The notes under the pieces are model-generated. The model had not been told where the DNA came from. It saw nothing but the letters and a program-made list of their open reading frames with translations, and made no database searches. From NCBI GenBank assembly GCA_963744715.1, contig CAVUUR010000006.1:64001-128000 (forward strand): 64,000 nucleotides of DNA. Reading direction: 5' to 3'. Positions within the stretch are counted from its first letter, which is position 1, and each line of letters begins with the position of its first letter. The stretch comes from an uncultured bacterium. GTDB lineage: Bacteria > Babelota > Babeliae > Babelales > JACPOV01. The translations under genes and the position numbers were made by a program. Below, piece by piece: positions 30,824-41,148 of the stretch.

Positions 30824-31888
30824 ATGTTATATCACATCGCAATGGCATTAAGACCATATATATCAGTGGGTAATATTATTCATTACGTTAGTTTTCGTTC
30901 TTTAGCAGCGTTATTAACATCGCTCATATTTTCTTTTTTGTGGGGCGAAAAATTTATTGAATTTTCAAAACAATTTTTTCGTGCAAAAGCACGCGCATGG
31001 ACGCCAGAATCTCATCGCATGAAAGATGACATGCCTACCATGGGTGGTGTATTTATTTTATGTGTAGTTATATGCACCTGCTTATTGTGGTGCAATCTCA
31101 CCAAAAAAGAACTCTGGATTTTTTTAGCATCATTACTTAGCTTTGGTGCCATTGGTGGCTGGGATGATTGGAATAAAATTAACTATAAAAAAGGAATTTC
31201 TGCTCGCAATAAATTATTTTTGCAATGCATATGCGCCCTTTTTATTATGAGCATGATAGTATACGCATTGCATTTTTCAACTACCGTATCGATACCATTT
31301 TTTAAATGGCTCAATCCGGATATCGGATTATTTTTTATTCCGTGGGGGATGTTTTTATTGGTTGGCACCAGCAATGCCGTGAATTTAACTGATGGCCTTG
31401 ATGGCCTTGCGATTGGATCACTCATTCCAAATTTTGCTACATTTTCCATCATTGCCTATGCAGCCGGTCACTATGGTATTGCCTCATACTTGCATATTCC
31501 ATTTGCGCACAGTGCAGAATTATCAGTTATTGGTTCGGCGTTAGTAGGAGCATCAATTGGTTTTTTGTGGTACAACACCTATCCTGCACAAATTTTTATG
31601 GGAGATGTTGGGTCGTTAGCGTTAGGGACAAGCCTTGCTCTTATGGCACTTATGACAAAACAAGAATTATTATTACCTATTGCTGGAGGGCTTTTTGTCA
31701 TTGAGGCGCTCTCAGTAATTATTCAAGTTTTTTCATACAAATATTTGGGAAAACGCATGTTCAAAATGGCACCTATTCATCACCATTTTGAATTATTAGG
31801 TTGGCAAGAATCAAAGATAACCATTCGTTTTTGTATTATCTCTTTTATTTTGTGCCTTCTTACCTTAATGACCTTAAAAATGCGTTAA
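30824..31888 (+). CDS. mraY: Phospho-N-acetylmuramoyl-pentapeptide transferase
   Basis: PTMGG, GWDDW, SNAVNLTDGLDGLA, IFMGDVGS, MAPIHHHFE. Confidence 0.97.
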   Translation: MLYHIAMALRPYISVGNIIHYVSFRSLAALLTSLIFSFLWGEKFIEFSKQFFRAKARAWTPESHRMKDDMPTMGGVFILCVVICTCLLWCNLTKKELWIFLASLLSFGAIGGWDDWNKINYKKGISARNKLFLQCICALFIMSMIVYALHFSTTVSIPFFKWLNPDIGLFFIPWGMFLLVGTSNAVNLTDGLDGLAIGSLIPNFATFSIIAYAAGHYGIASYLHIPFAHSAELSVIGSALVGASIGFLWYNTYPAQIFMGDVGSLALGTSLALMALMTKQELLLPIAGGLFVIEALSVIIQVFSYKYLGKRMFKMAPIHHHFELLGWQESKITIRFCIISFILCLLTLMTLKMR

Positions 31889-31896
31889 TAAAAAAT

Positions 31897-33276
31897 TTAT
31901 TTTCCTACGCAAAATTCTCTAAAAACGGCATCCATACCCTGCTCACTAATTGTTTTTCCGGTAAGCTCCGTTAAACATTCAAGAGCATCTTTTATATGAT
32001 ATGAAAGAAGTTCATAAGAAATAGTTCCTTGCAACATTGGCATTATTTCACTGAGTTTTTGTTCCAATTTTATCAATAACGTAAAATGTCGCTTATTAAG
32101 TAAAAATGGAGAAGTTAATGCAGTACATAAAACTGAAATTTTATCCTCAATAACACCAATCAAAAGTTCTATACTCTGTTTATCATGACAAGAAACATAC
32201 ACGATTGAATCGGTTGCAAAATAAGGATTCTGTGAATATGCAGGCAAATCTGATTTGTTAGCAACCACAATAGTTTTTTGAGCGTATTGCTCAAGTAATT
32301 TTAGATATAGAGCACGTTCATGGTCATGCATAGCGCGAGCATTATCATATACTAATATCATAATATCGGCTAACTGGGCTTCTTGTTCTGAACGCTGTAT
32401 TCCTTCTTTTTCGATAACGTCATCAGTTTCTCGCAAACCGGCGGTATCAATGAGCGTCCAATATAACCCATTTCTATACAAACCAGCTTCAATTGAATCA
32501 CGTGTTGTGCCAGCAATAGCCGTAACAATAGAACGTTTTTGATTAAGTAATGCATTAAAAAGAGATGATTTTCCAGCATTCACTGAGCCAAGTAATGCAA
32601 TACGAACTCCTTGCCGGACTTGTTTTTGTTGATCAAATGTTTTTTTAAGCATAACAATTTTTTCTAAAACATTCGTAATATGTTCACGAATAGTAGTGCC
32701 AAACTCCATTGCCTCATCAATAAATTCAAAACTTGCTTCTGACAATGCCAAACACGTAATTAACGTCTTCTCCAATTGCACAACCCATTGAGAAAAACTA
32801 CCATTCATTTGCGATAATGATTGTTTTAAGGAAACCTGATGCGATGCATGGATAAATTCATTAATTGCTTCCGCTTGCATTAAATCAATTTTGTTATTCA
32901 AAAATGCTCGCTTGCTAAATTCACCGTTGTGCGCAATTCGCGCACCACACGCTACAGCACGCTGAATAATTTGTTCTATAACGAATGGATTATTATGGCA
33001 GGTAATTTCTACCGTATCTTGTCCGGTAAAAGTTTTTGGTGCATGCATTACCAGAAACATAACCTGATCAATAGACACTCCACGTTCATCAATTACTGAT
33101 CCAACATGAATGGTATGCGTTTTTTGCTCAGACAGTTTTTGTTGATTGCGCAATATGCTTAATGACGTTGCAACCTGTAAAGCAGTTACTCCCGATAATC
33201 TTAATAAAGCTATTGCACCACTTCCTTGCGGTGTACATTGGGCAATAATCGGTTCTTCGTCGCGACTAAGAATCAT
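31897..33276 (-). CDS. mnmE: tRNA modification GTPase MnmE
   Basis: GSVNAGKSS, AGTTRD, DTAGLR, NKSD, C-terminal FCVGK. Confidence 0.97.
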   Translation of the reverse strand: MILSRDEEPIIAQCTPQGSGAIALLRLSGVTALQVATSLSILRNQQKLSEQKTHTIHVGSVIDERGVSIDQVMFLVMHAPKTFTGQDTVEITCHNNPFVIEQIIQRAVACGARIAHNGEFSKRAFLNNKIDLMQAEAINEFIHASHQVSLKQSLSQMNGSFSQWVVQLEKTLITCLALSEASFEFIDEAMEFGTTIREHITNVLEKIVMLKKTFDQQKQVRQGVRIALLGSVNAGKSSLFNALLNQKRSIVTAIAGTTRDSIEAGLYRNGLYWTLIDTAGLRETDDVIEKEGIQRSEQEAQLADIMILVYDNARAMHDHERALYLKLLEQYAQKTIVVANKSDLPAYSQNPYFATDSIVYVSCHDKQSIELLIGVIEDKISVLCTALTSPFLLNKRHFTLLIKLEQKLSEIMPMLQGTISYELLSYHIKDALECLTELTGKTISEQGMDAVFREFCVGK

Positions 33277-33286
33277 AATCCTCTAA

Positions 33287-33844
33287 TTAAGAAATTTTAA
33301 ATCCACGTAATGGACGTTTGAAAGTACGTTTTAATGATTGAAGCATCAAAAATGAAAAATTTTTAAATAACTGTTTTTCAAGTTCGCGATCGTTGACCAA
33401 AGAACCATTGAACGTAAGCGTAAGGGTATACTGATCAGCAGAAGGAACAAAGGTCATGGTAGATAAATTCATTGCTGATAAAGCGCCCTTCATCCATTGG
33501 CAGGCTTTATCAACCATTTCAGGAGCCCATACCAAACCTTGCGTAAATTCTTCTCTTTTCACTACATTTTTATTTTGTTCATATTTTTTTGGTTGATGAA
33601 CGGGTTGCTGTTGCTTTTTTGGCATTATTCTTTCTTTAGGGCGATAATGTTCGCTCGGTTCATGAGAAACATGCTGCTCATTGAAAAAAATACCAATTTT
33701 CGCTGATTGAACTACCATACCAATAAAATTTCTTTTTGGTTCTTCAAAAACTTTCACGGAAAATTCTTTAGGTTTCCCTGCACTAATCCAGGCCTTTTCT
33801 ATAGCCTTTGTTATTGATGATGCTTCCTGCATTATTGATTTCAT
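33287..33844 (-). CDS. jag: Jag/EloR N-terminal domain protein (degenerate KH, no R3H)
   Basis: EASSITKAIEKA..VKVFEEPKRNFIG..AKI; directly upstream of mnmE. Confidence 0.75.
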   Translation of the reverse strand: MKSIMQEASSITKAIEKAWISAGKPKEFSVKVFEEPKRNFIGMVVQSAKIGIFFNEQHVSHEPSEHYRPKERIMPKKQQQPVHQPKKYEQNKNVVKREEFTQGLVWAPEMVDKACQWMKGALSAMNLSTMTFVPSADQYTLTLTFNGSLVNDRELEKQLFKNFSFLMLQSLKRTFKRPLRGFKIS

Positions 33845-34005
33845 CGATTAAACCTTCTGGTGAAAAAATATCATAGTCCTATTTTTAGAATAATAAACAC
33901 CGCATATATCAAAATTTTGTTACTATTTTTCTAAAATGTACAATAAACTGCGGTTACAAAAATGTATCATGAGACTACGTTACAATGATAGCTACCGTAT
34001 AATAT

Positions 34006-34080
34006 TGGAGCGGGAAACGGGATTCGAACCCGCGACCTTTGCCTTGGCAAGGCAACGCTCTACCGCTAAGCTATTCCCGC
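34006..34080 (-). tRNA. tRNA-Gly(GCC)
   Basis: Reverse complement GCGGGAATAGCTTAGCGGTAGAGC..CCTT-GCC-AAGG..GGTTCGAATCCCGTTTCCCGCTCCA. Confidence 0.97.
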
Positions 34081-34231
34081 TTATACAGCAAAGAAAAATC
34101 TATCATAAGGAGAATAATTGTCAATAACCATCAGCGTATATACCTATCAAGAATTATCGTTATTGTAGCAAAAATATAACGCAAAATTTAAAATTTGATT
34201 CAGTTTCGCAATAAAATAGGTCTTTTAGCCT

Positions 34232-35050
34232 TTACCAATTGGTGATCAGGCTCAATATACCCCTATCCTTTTTAGGCATGGTCGCACTGTGCTCAGTATC
34301 GTTAACAATAATAGTAGAAGGCGCATTAACTGCAATATTAGTGGTATCAGAATAGGTGGTTAATGTGGTAAAGGTGCTTTGGAATCCATCTGTAACCAGT
34401 GTGGCCAACGCATCAAGGGCATTATTGTTGGTTATTATTTGATCAGCTAATTGAGCGCAACAGGCAATTACGCTCTCTTTTAAAGCATCTATCATTGCTC
34501 GCGTTTCGCTACACTCACCTTGAATACGTAACAATTGCCGAATAATATTTTCATTAGAACCTAATTCGAGTGGGTTGCCCAAGGTACCCAATATCGTGAG
34601 CGCAGATGGATCTTGAAAAACATTACCTATGCGATTACGAATAATGCTTAACAAACGTAAAACTTCGGTAAGGTCAACGCTATCGTTATTGGTTGCCGGC
34701 GCGGACCAAAACCAACGATGCGAACTTGTCGTGTAACTCAATAATATGGGCATGGCCTTAATTAATTCATCTAGATGTAGATTGGTATAACCATGCTCTA
34801 AGCGTTCCATGCACGCAAAAATACTATTAAGTGATTCATTGTCATCGGGCTGCGCTGATTGGTGTATGACAATTTCTTGCAATAATGGTAAAAGACTTAT
34901 TGGTTGAACAACAATATGTTCACGTTTGCATCCATCCACGCACATCGCTTGTGTATTTTCCGAACAATCTTGAGCAATGGCATAATTCATATGACTAGCA
35001 ACGAGCATACCCATTACCACTAATTGCAAGTAAATAGTACGTTTTTTCAT
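34232..35050 (-). CDS. Hypothetical secreted coiled-coil protein
   Basis: Signal peptide MKKRTIYLQLVV with AGGAG RBS; Cys pairs; C-terminal coil. Confidence 0.75.
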   Translation of the reverse strand: MKKRTIYLQLVVMGMLVASHMNYAIAQDCSENTQAMCVDGCKREHIVVQPISLLPLLQEIVIHQSAQPDDNESLNSIFACMERLEHGYTNLHLDELIKAMPILLSYTTSSHRWFWSAPATNNDSVDLTEVLRLLSIIRNRIGNVFQDPSALTILGTLGNPLELGSNENIIRQLLRIQGECSETRAMIDALKESVIACCAQLADQIITNNNALDALATLVTDGFQSTFTTLTTYSDTTNIAVNAPSTIIVNDTEHSATMPKKDRGILSLITNW

Positions 35051-35262
35051 TATTACTCTCCTTATTACAAACAGCTTCATATAATTCTCTGTTCAAAAAA
35101 ATACTATAAAAAATTAGAAATAATCAAGGTGTTTTTAGTAAAAAAAATAAATATTCTAGTGTAAAATTTTATTTGAATAAATATCAGAATATAGTTTTTT
35201 ATGTTATGCTGCTAAAATAAATCATTTTTTGCTGAAACATCTTAATTTTATAATGAACATGC

Positions 35263-35997
35263 ATGGTTATTCATACAGAACAGTTATTAACAATAGCATT
35301 TGGTGATGCCCGTACTGCATTTAACCCCCGCGATTATCGGGCAGTTAGTATGGATTTTTTGTTAGATGATATTAATAAAAAATCCAGCTTAGATACCTTT
35401 ATGCCTTTAAAAAAACTTGTTTTTTTGCATCAAATTCACAGTGCTGATGGTTTTTGTATTACTTCCCAAGATCAAGCTGAAACTATGCAACCGTTTGTTT
35501 ACGAAGGTGATTTTTTAATAACTAACGTTGCACATATTGGCCTGGCAATTGTGACCGCTGATTGTCTTCCCATAATATTATACGATAAACGAAATCATAT
35601 TGTTGCATTAATTCATGCTGGATGGCGAGGATCAATTAAAGGAATTGCTTATAAAGCTTTACAACGCATGCAAACGATATTTGGTACTCAGCCCGAATCT
35701 GTACGCACTTTTTTTGGACCTTCTGCCAAAGTATGTTGTTATCAGGTGGGAGTTGATGTGCAAGAAGCACTTGATGCTTTTTCCTGTAAAGATACGGTAC
35801 TTGTTTCTCATAAAGGCACTGATTATTTTGATCTTCCCTTATTCAATAAATTACAATTAGAAGCTAAAGGAATTATCAAGCAGACGGCGGTTATGGCATA
35901 CAATGTGTGTACCATTGAAAATAATTTATTTTGCTCGTACCGACGACAAAAAGACTCTTCCGGAAATCGACAAATAACTATTGTTGCGTTAAAGTAA
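35263..35997 (+). CDS. pgeF: Peptidoglycan editing factor / purine nucleoside phosphorylase (YfiH/PgeF)
   Basis: HQIHS, GDFLIT, TADCLPI, IHAGWRG, GPSAKVCCYQVG, CT..FCSYRR. Confidence 0.92.
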   Translation: MVIHTEQLLTIAFGDARTAFNPRDYRAVSMDFLLDDINKKSSLDTFMPLKKLVFLHQIHSADGFCITSQDQAETMQPFVYEGDFLITNVAHIGLAIVTADCLPIILYDKRNHIVALIHAGWRGSIKGIAYKALQRMQTIFGTQPESVRTFFGPSAKVCCYQVGVDVQEALDAFSCKDTVLVSHKGTDYFDLPLFNKLQLEAKGIIKQTAVMAYNVCTIENNLFCSYRRQKDSSGNRQITIVALK

Positions 35998-36137
35998 TTA
36001 TCCTTGTGTTGAGCAGTCTCATTATCTATGCTAAAGTGATGGTATATAAATAGAAATCAATATATTATGACAATTTTATTGCCAAGAGTTTGTTTGCAAT
36101 AAAATAATAAGCGCTTATTCAAGTATATAGGATCGTT

Positions 36138-38687
36138 ATGATAGCACGCATATTATCAATCATATTAGGAACTAATAATGCTCGTCAGTTGAGACGATTG
36201 GATGGCCTGGTTGCCAAAATTAATAGTTTAGAACCAATCATGAATGAACTAACTGATGAGCAGTTAACCGCAAAAACAACCACCTTTCGTGAGCAATTAA
36301 GCCAAGGAATGACGCTCGATGAAATTCTGCCCGAAGCATTCGCCGTAGTGCGAGAAACAGCAAAAAGAGTTTTGGGGCAACGCCATTTTGACGTACAGCT
36401 GATCGGTGGTATCGTTCTGCATCAAGGAAAAATTGCAGAAATGAAAACCGGTGAAGGAAAAACCTTAACCTCCACATTGGCACTCTATTTAAATGCTCTT
36501 GAAGGGAAAGGCGCCCATCTTGTAACGGTTAATGATTATTTAGCACGCCGTGATGCGGCATGGATGGGGCCAATATTTGAACGCCTTGGATTAACGGTAG
36601 GTGTTATTCAAAACTCAATGGATGATCATGACCGTAAAAAAGCGTATGCATGCGATATTATTTATGCTACCAATAATGAACTAGGTTTTGATTATCTGCG
36701 CGATAACATGAAATTTAGGTTAGAAGATTATGTACAACGTCCATTACATTATGCGATTGTTGATGAGGTTGACTCAATTTTAATTGATGAAGCGCGAACA
36801 CCGCTTATTATTTCTGGTTCGGCAGATCGTTCTAGTAATTTATATAGTGAAGTTAATCGCATTATTCCTCGCCTTACTAAAGGCCAAGATTTTGAAGTTG
36901 ATGAAAAAGCACGCTCAGTGCAATTAACTGAATCAGGTATTGATAAAGTTGAAGCAGCGCTCAATATTGAAAATCTTTATGATATTAAACAGCTCAATCT
37001 TTTGCATCATGTTACACAAGCTTTGCGCGCGTATACCCTGTTTAAACGCGACGTTGATTATGTAGTAAAAGATGATCAACTATTAATTGTTGATGAATTT
37101 ACAGGTCGCATTTTGCCCGGTCGCCGCTACAGCGATGGTTTGCATCAAGCCTTAGAAGCAAAAGAAGGTGTAAAAATTGAACGTGAAAGTCAGACCCTTG
37201 CTTCTATTACGTTGCAAAATTATTTTAGATTATATAAAAAATTGGCTGGCATGACCGGTACGGCAATAACCGAGGCAGAAGAATTCCACAAAATTTATGG
37301 ACTCGATGTTATTACTATACCAACTAATAAATCAATGATCAGAGATGACAAACCTGATCTTATTTTCTTAACTAAAAATGCAAAATACAAAGCCATCGTA
37401 CAAGATGTAAAAGAGCGTTACAAAAAAAATCAACCGGTATTGATTGGTACTATCGCAATCGAAACATCAGAGTTATTGAGCGATATATTACTCAGCAATG
37501 GCGTTCCGCATGAAGTTCTTAATGCAAAACAACATCAACGCGAAGCAGAAATCGTTGCACATGCAGGTGAGCCGGGCCACGTAACTATTGCAACCAATAT
37601 GGCTGGCCGAGGAACTGATATTAAATTAACGAGCCAATCAGTACAGGCTGGGGGGTTATATATTCTGGGTACTGAACGGCACGAAAGTCGTCGCATCGAC
37701 AACCAATTGCGTGGGCGCTCTGGTCGGCAAGGTGATCCTGGTGAATCGCGTTTCTACATCTCGTTGGAAGATGATCTTATTCGCATTTTCGCTGGCGACA
37801 GTATTAAGAAAAATATGCAACGCGTGGGCATGACTGAAGACGAACAAATTGAATCACGATTTATTTCAAAAACTATCGAACGCTCACAAGAACGTGTGGA
37901 AAAACATAATTTTGAGTTACGAAAACATTTACTTGAATATGATGATGTAGTAAATCAACAACGCATTGTTATTTATCGCTATCGCCGTTCAATATTGGAA
38001 GGTTCTGATGAAATTTTTGGCTTAGTGCGAGATATGCTTGTAGTAACCGCAGAAGATCTCATGGGAGAATTTTTTATCAAACGGTCAGTAACGCAAGAAG
38101 GTTTTGATCACGTATTGCACGCATTACATACCTTGACCGGTATTGAGCAAACAAAACTTGAGCAAAAAGGATTTACTAAGAAAAACGTTGATGCATTAGA
38201 AAAAGAGATCATTGATTTCTTACTACTTACGTATGATTTGTATCGCAATCAAAAGCAACATAATGAAACACTTCGTCAGGCAGAAAAATGGCTCATGCTT
38301 GAAACTATCGATCAAGGCTGGAAGCAACATATGTTAAATCTTGATCATTTAAAAGAGGGCATAGGTTTACGCGGTTGGGGACAAAAAAATCCTCTTATCG
38401 AATACAAGCGCGAAGCATTTGATATGTTCCAAGAAATGATGAAACAAGTTAGATTTGATATTACGCATCATATTTTTCATCTCAATGTAGAACATTTTAA
38501 TCAACAAGAGTTAGAACAAAAACGTGAGCGCGAATTGGCGCACCTTAATTTGATTGGTACACCCGATACAGCTGATCAAACAACTACTTCATCAAAAACC
38601 GCTTCTCGATCAGCAGATGTTGTCGGCAGAAACGATCCTTGCACCTGCGGATCAGGCAAAAAATATAAAAAGTGTTGTATGAAATAA
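36138..38687 (+). CDS. secA: Preprotein translocase ATPase SecA
   Basis: EMKTGEGKT, DEVDSILIDEARTPL, ATNMAGRGTDI, SEC-C GRNDPCTCGSGKKYKKCC. Confidence 0.99.
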   Translation: MIARILSIILGTNNARQLRRLDGLVAKINSLEPIMNELTDEQLTAKTTTFREQLSQGMTLDEILPEAFAVVRETAKRVLGQRHFDVQLIGGIVLHQGKIAEMKTGEGKTLTSTLALYLNALEGKGAHLVTVNDYLARRDAAWMGPIFERLGLTVGVIQNSMDDHDRKKAYACDIIYATNNELGFDYLRDNMKFRLEDYVQRPLHYAIVDEVDSILIDEARTPLIISGSADRSSNLYSEVNRIIPRLTKGQDFEVDEKARSVQLTESGIDKVEAALNIENLYDIKQLNLLHHVTQALRAYTLFKRDVDYVVKDDQLLIVDEFTGRILPGRRYSDGLHQALEAKEGVKIERESQTLASITLQNYFRLYKKLAGMTGTAITEAEEFHKIYGLDVITIPTNKSMIRDDKPDLIFLTKNAKYKAIVQDVKERYKKNQPVLIGTIAIETSELLSDILLSNGVPHEVLNAKQHQREAEIVAHAGEPGHVTIATNMAGRGTDIKLTSQSVQAGGLYILGTERHESRRIDNQLRGRSGRQGDPGESRFYISLEDDLIRIFAGDSIKKNMQRVGMTEDEQIESRFISKTIERSQERVEKHNFELRKHLLEYDDVVNQQRIVIYRYRRSILEGSDEIFGLVRDMLVVTAEDLMGEFFIKRSVTQEGFDHVLHALHTLTGIEQTKLEQKGFTKKNVDALEKEIIDFLLLTYDLYRNQKQHNETLRQAEKWLMLETIDQGWKQHMLNLDHLKEGIGLRGWGQKNPLIEYKREAFDMFQEMMKQVRFDITHHIFHLNVEHFNQQELEQKRERELAHLNLIGTPDTADQTTTSSKTASRSADVVGRNDPCTCGSGKKYKKCCMK

Positions 38688-38706
38688 GAAATAAACACTT
38701 TAATAA

Positions 38707-38931
38707 TTATCGGCAATAGTTACACTGACCATGACCATGTTCTTCATGCTCCTCGTGATCATTGTCATGTCCTTCATGTTCATGCTCTTCTAATTCAAGA
38801 TTTGCATGGCATTTGAGTAATTTTTCTATGCGACAAAGTTTTTTATTAATACACCCTAAGGCCATCTCTAATTGAAGATGCTCAATATGGGAATGTAACC
38901 CTGCAAATCCCTCATTTTTTTTGCAACACAT
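38707..38931 (-). CDS. Small His/Glu/Cys-rich protein (possible metal binding)
   Basis: RBS AAGGAG; CC start, EEHEHEGHDNDHEEHEEHGHG, CNYC end. Confidence 0.7.
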   Translation of the reverse strand: MCCKKNEGFAGLHSHIEHLQLEMALGCINKKLCRIEKLLKCHANLELEEHEHEGHDNDHEEHEEHGHGQCNYCR

Positions 38932-39086
38932 AATAACTCCTTAATTTTTAAGTATTTTTAATCACAAAACAGCATTATTCACTATACTTAGTATTTATAA
39001 TACTCTATAGCACTCTGTAATTTCAATATTTTTTTACAATTGAAAAATAATAGGCAAAATAGTTGAATAATTCAAGATAATTTTTT

Positions 39087-40088
39087 TTATAGATAATGCT
39101 CAAGATCTCTGCGATGATACCATAAATTTTCATAGCAATAGGCGGATTTGATCATATATTCTAAGGTTGAATAGCGCGGTTTCCATCGTAAAATTGCCTG
39201 CGCTTTGCTCGAATCAGCAATCAGTATAGCCGGATCACCCGCTCTTGCCTTACTTATTACTGTTTTTATAGGAACGTTACACAATTGTTCAACGGTTTTA
39301 ATCATTTCCCGCACCGAAAACCCATGGCCGGTTCCTAAATTGAAATGATCGGAAGGATATCCCTGCTTAAGATGCTCTAACGCTTTTACATGCGCATCGG
39401 CAATATCAAGTACATGTACATAATCACGCACCGCCGTGCCATCTTTGGTTGGATAATCATTACCATACATAACGAACGGTGTGTGATCTCGCATTGCGCG
39501 TAACAACAAAGGAATAATATGGGTTTCCGGTTTATGTTGCTCACCTAAATGCTCTGAAGGTAATGCTCCCGCTGCATTAAAGTATCGTAATGATACTGAG
39601 CGTAATCCGTAGGCATTGTAACAATCCCGCAATACCGACTCTATAACAGATTTACTGGTTCCGTAAGGATTAATGGGTTTACAAGGATGCTCCTCAAGTA
39701 TCGGCATCTGCTCAGGAACACCGTACACCGCACAACTTGAAGAAAAAATAAAAGTAGTAATCTCATGTTCAAGCATTGTTTCTAATAATACCAACGTTTT
39801 ACTGACATTATTATCATAAAATAACAATGGCGTTTTTACTGATTGACCTACTTCTATTGATCCTGCAAAATGCATAACGGCTTTAATCTGATACGTAGTA
39901 AAAATAGTAGCCAAAAGATTTTTGTCGGCAATATCTCCTTTAATAACCGTTGCCCATGGAGGATTAAAATACTGATGGTGAACAAATGAATCAAGCACAA
40001 TGACGCGATACTGGTGTTGCGCTAACAAGAATGCGGAATGTGATCCGATATACCCTGCTCCACCGGTAACAAGAATTGCTTCTGACAT
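39087..40088 (-). CDS. galE: UDP-glucose 4-epimerase
   Basis: TGGAGYIGSH, HFAG..VGQS, YGTSK, LRYFNAAG, DGTAVRDYVHV. Confidence 0.96.
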   Translation of the reverse strand: MSEAILVTGGAGYIGSHSAFLLAQHQYRVIVLDSFVHHQYFNPPWATVIKGDIADKNLLATIFTTYQIKAVMHFAGSIEVGQSVKTPLLFYDNNVSKTLVLLETMLEHEITTFIFSSSCAVYGVPEQMPILEEHPCKPINPYGTSKSVIESVLRDCYNAYGLRSVSLRYFNAAGALPSEHLGEQHKPETHIIPLLLRAMRDHTPFVMYGNDYPTKDGTAVRDYVHVLDIADAHVKALEHLKQGYPSDHFNLGTGHGFSVREMIKTVEQLCNVPIKTVISKARAGDPAILIADSSKAQAILRWKPRYSTLEYMIKSAYCYENLWYHRRDLEHYL

Positions 40089-40175
40089 AATAAACTCCTT
40101 TGTATGCCATCAGCATATACCGTTATCATAAGCAGAGCAATATCTTGGAAATCAAATGTTACTTACTCAAAAAAA

Positions 40176-40201
40176 ATGAGGGGTTCATGTGAACCCCTCA
40201 T
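40176..40201 (-). terminator. Intrinsic terminator after the 42633-40219 operon
   Basis: atgaggggttca-tg-tgaacccctcat stem; poly-A on the plus side gives a U tail on the minus strand. Confidence 0.8.
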
Positions 40202-40218
40202 AATTAATAATGTAAGTT

Positions 40219-41130
40219 TTATTTAACGTTGACTGCTATGTGCTCACCAAGCGACTTCCATTGAGAAAAATTAGTGAAACCCCACGTTGCGGCCAATTCA
40301 TTCGCTTCAGCTGCAGAAATCATAGAACCTTCTATGCTCTTAGCAACCTCAGAAAATTGTTTAGCTGCAGCATTATTTAACTGCTTAATATTATTAATAT
40401 CTGGTTTAACAACTGGTGGTTTTGGCGCTGGACCCTTGGCTAATGCCTTAGCTGTTGCATATAAACCATCAAATTGGTGAATATTTCCTTTATATCCTTT
40501 GTCCAATAAATCTTCCAACTGCTCATACTTACTAATAATATCATTAATAGTATTCATAGGAGTTGTAGTGTTTATCGCCATCTGCGCTAGCTTTGTTAAA
40601 CCCTTATACATCTGAGTGTCCTCAATCTTCCCACGAGCAGGGGGTGGCGGCGGCACGTTGCCTTTCCCTTGTTTTAATCCTTTGGCATCGTTGTAGATAG
40701 CCGTAATCTCGTTTGGTATTGCAGTATATTGGCCTGATTGTTCAGCAGGTAACAAATGGTTCTCATAGGTGTTTATTATATCATCCCACTGATCAGCATG
40801 TGCAGCCAGATCATAACCCTTGAAGGACTCTAAATAATCATATCCTGGTACAGATTCAATAGCTGCTTTATGCCCCACGGGTGGTTTAACCGGAATAGGA
40901 CCTACCGGTACTGGTTGAGTGACTGGTCTATAATCATTAAAAGTAGCATATCCATATTGTTTAGCCCATGCTCGTTCAGCTTTAATTCTTGTTGCTTTCG
41001 GCCCACCGGATGCTTGAGACATCTTGCTTATATTAAGCCATTCCTGATCCCTAGCACTGTACTGCGCCTCTATTAATCCAGCACTAAGCAAAATGCTTAA
41101 CGCTGCTATGATTTTAACTATTTGTTTCAT
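40219..41130 (-). CDS. Secreted modular protein with Pro-rich linkers
   Basis: Signal peptide; internal repeats; PVPVGPIPVKPP, PPPPP, PAPKPP. Confidence 0.85.
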   Translation of the reverse strand: MKQIVKIIAALSILLSAGLIEAQYSARDQEWLNISKMSQASGGPKATRIKAERAWAKQYGYATFNDYRPVTQPVPVGPIPVKPPVGHKAAIESVPGYDYLESFKGYDLAAHADQWDDIINTYENHLLPAEQSGQYTAIPNEITAIYNDAKGLKQGKGNVPPPPPARGKIEDTQMYKGLTKLAQMAINTTTPMNTINDIISKYEQLEDLLDKGYKGNIHQFDGLYATAKALAKGPAPKPPVVKPDINNIKQLNNAAAKQFSEVAKSIEGSMISAAEANELAATWGFTNFSQWKSLGEHIAVNVK

Positions 41131-41148
41131 ACAATTCTTCTCCCGTTA

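Noticed and set aside
33936..34127. 63-aa ORF
   Set aside because: Antisense translation of tRNA-Gly ([10 protein letters not shown])
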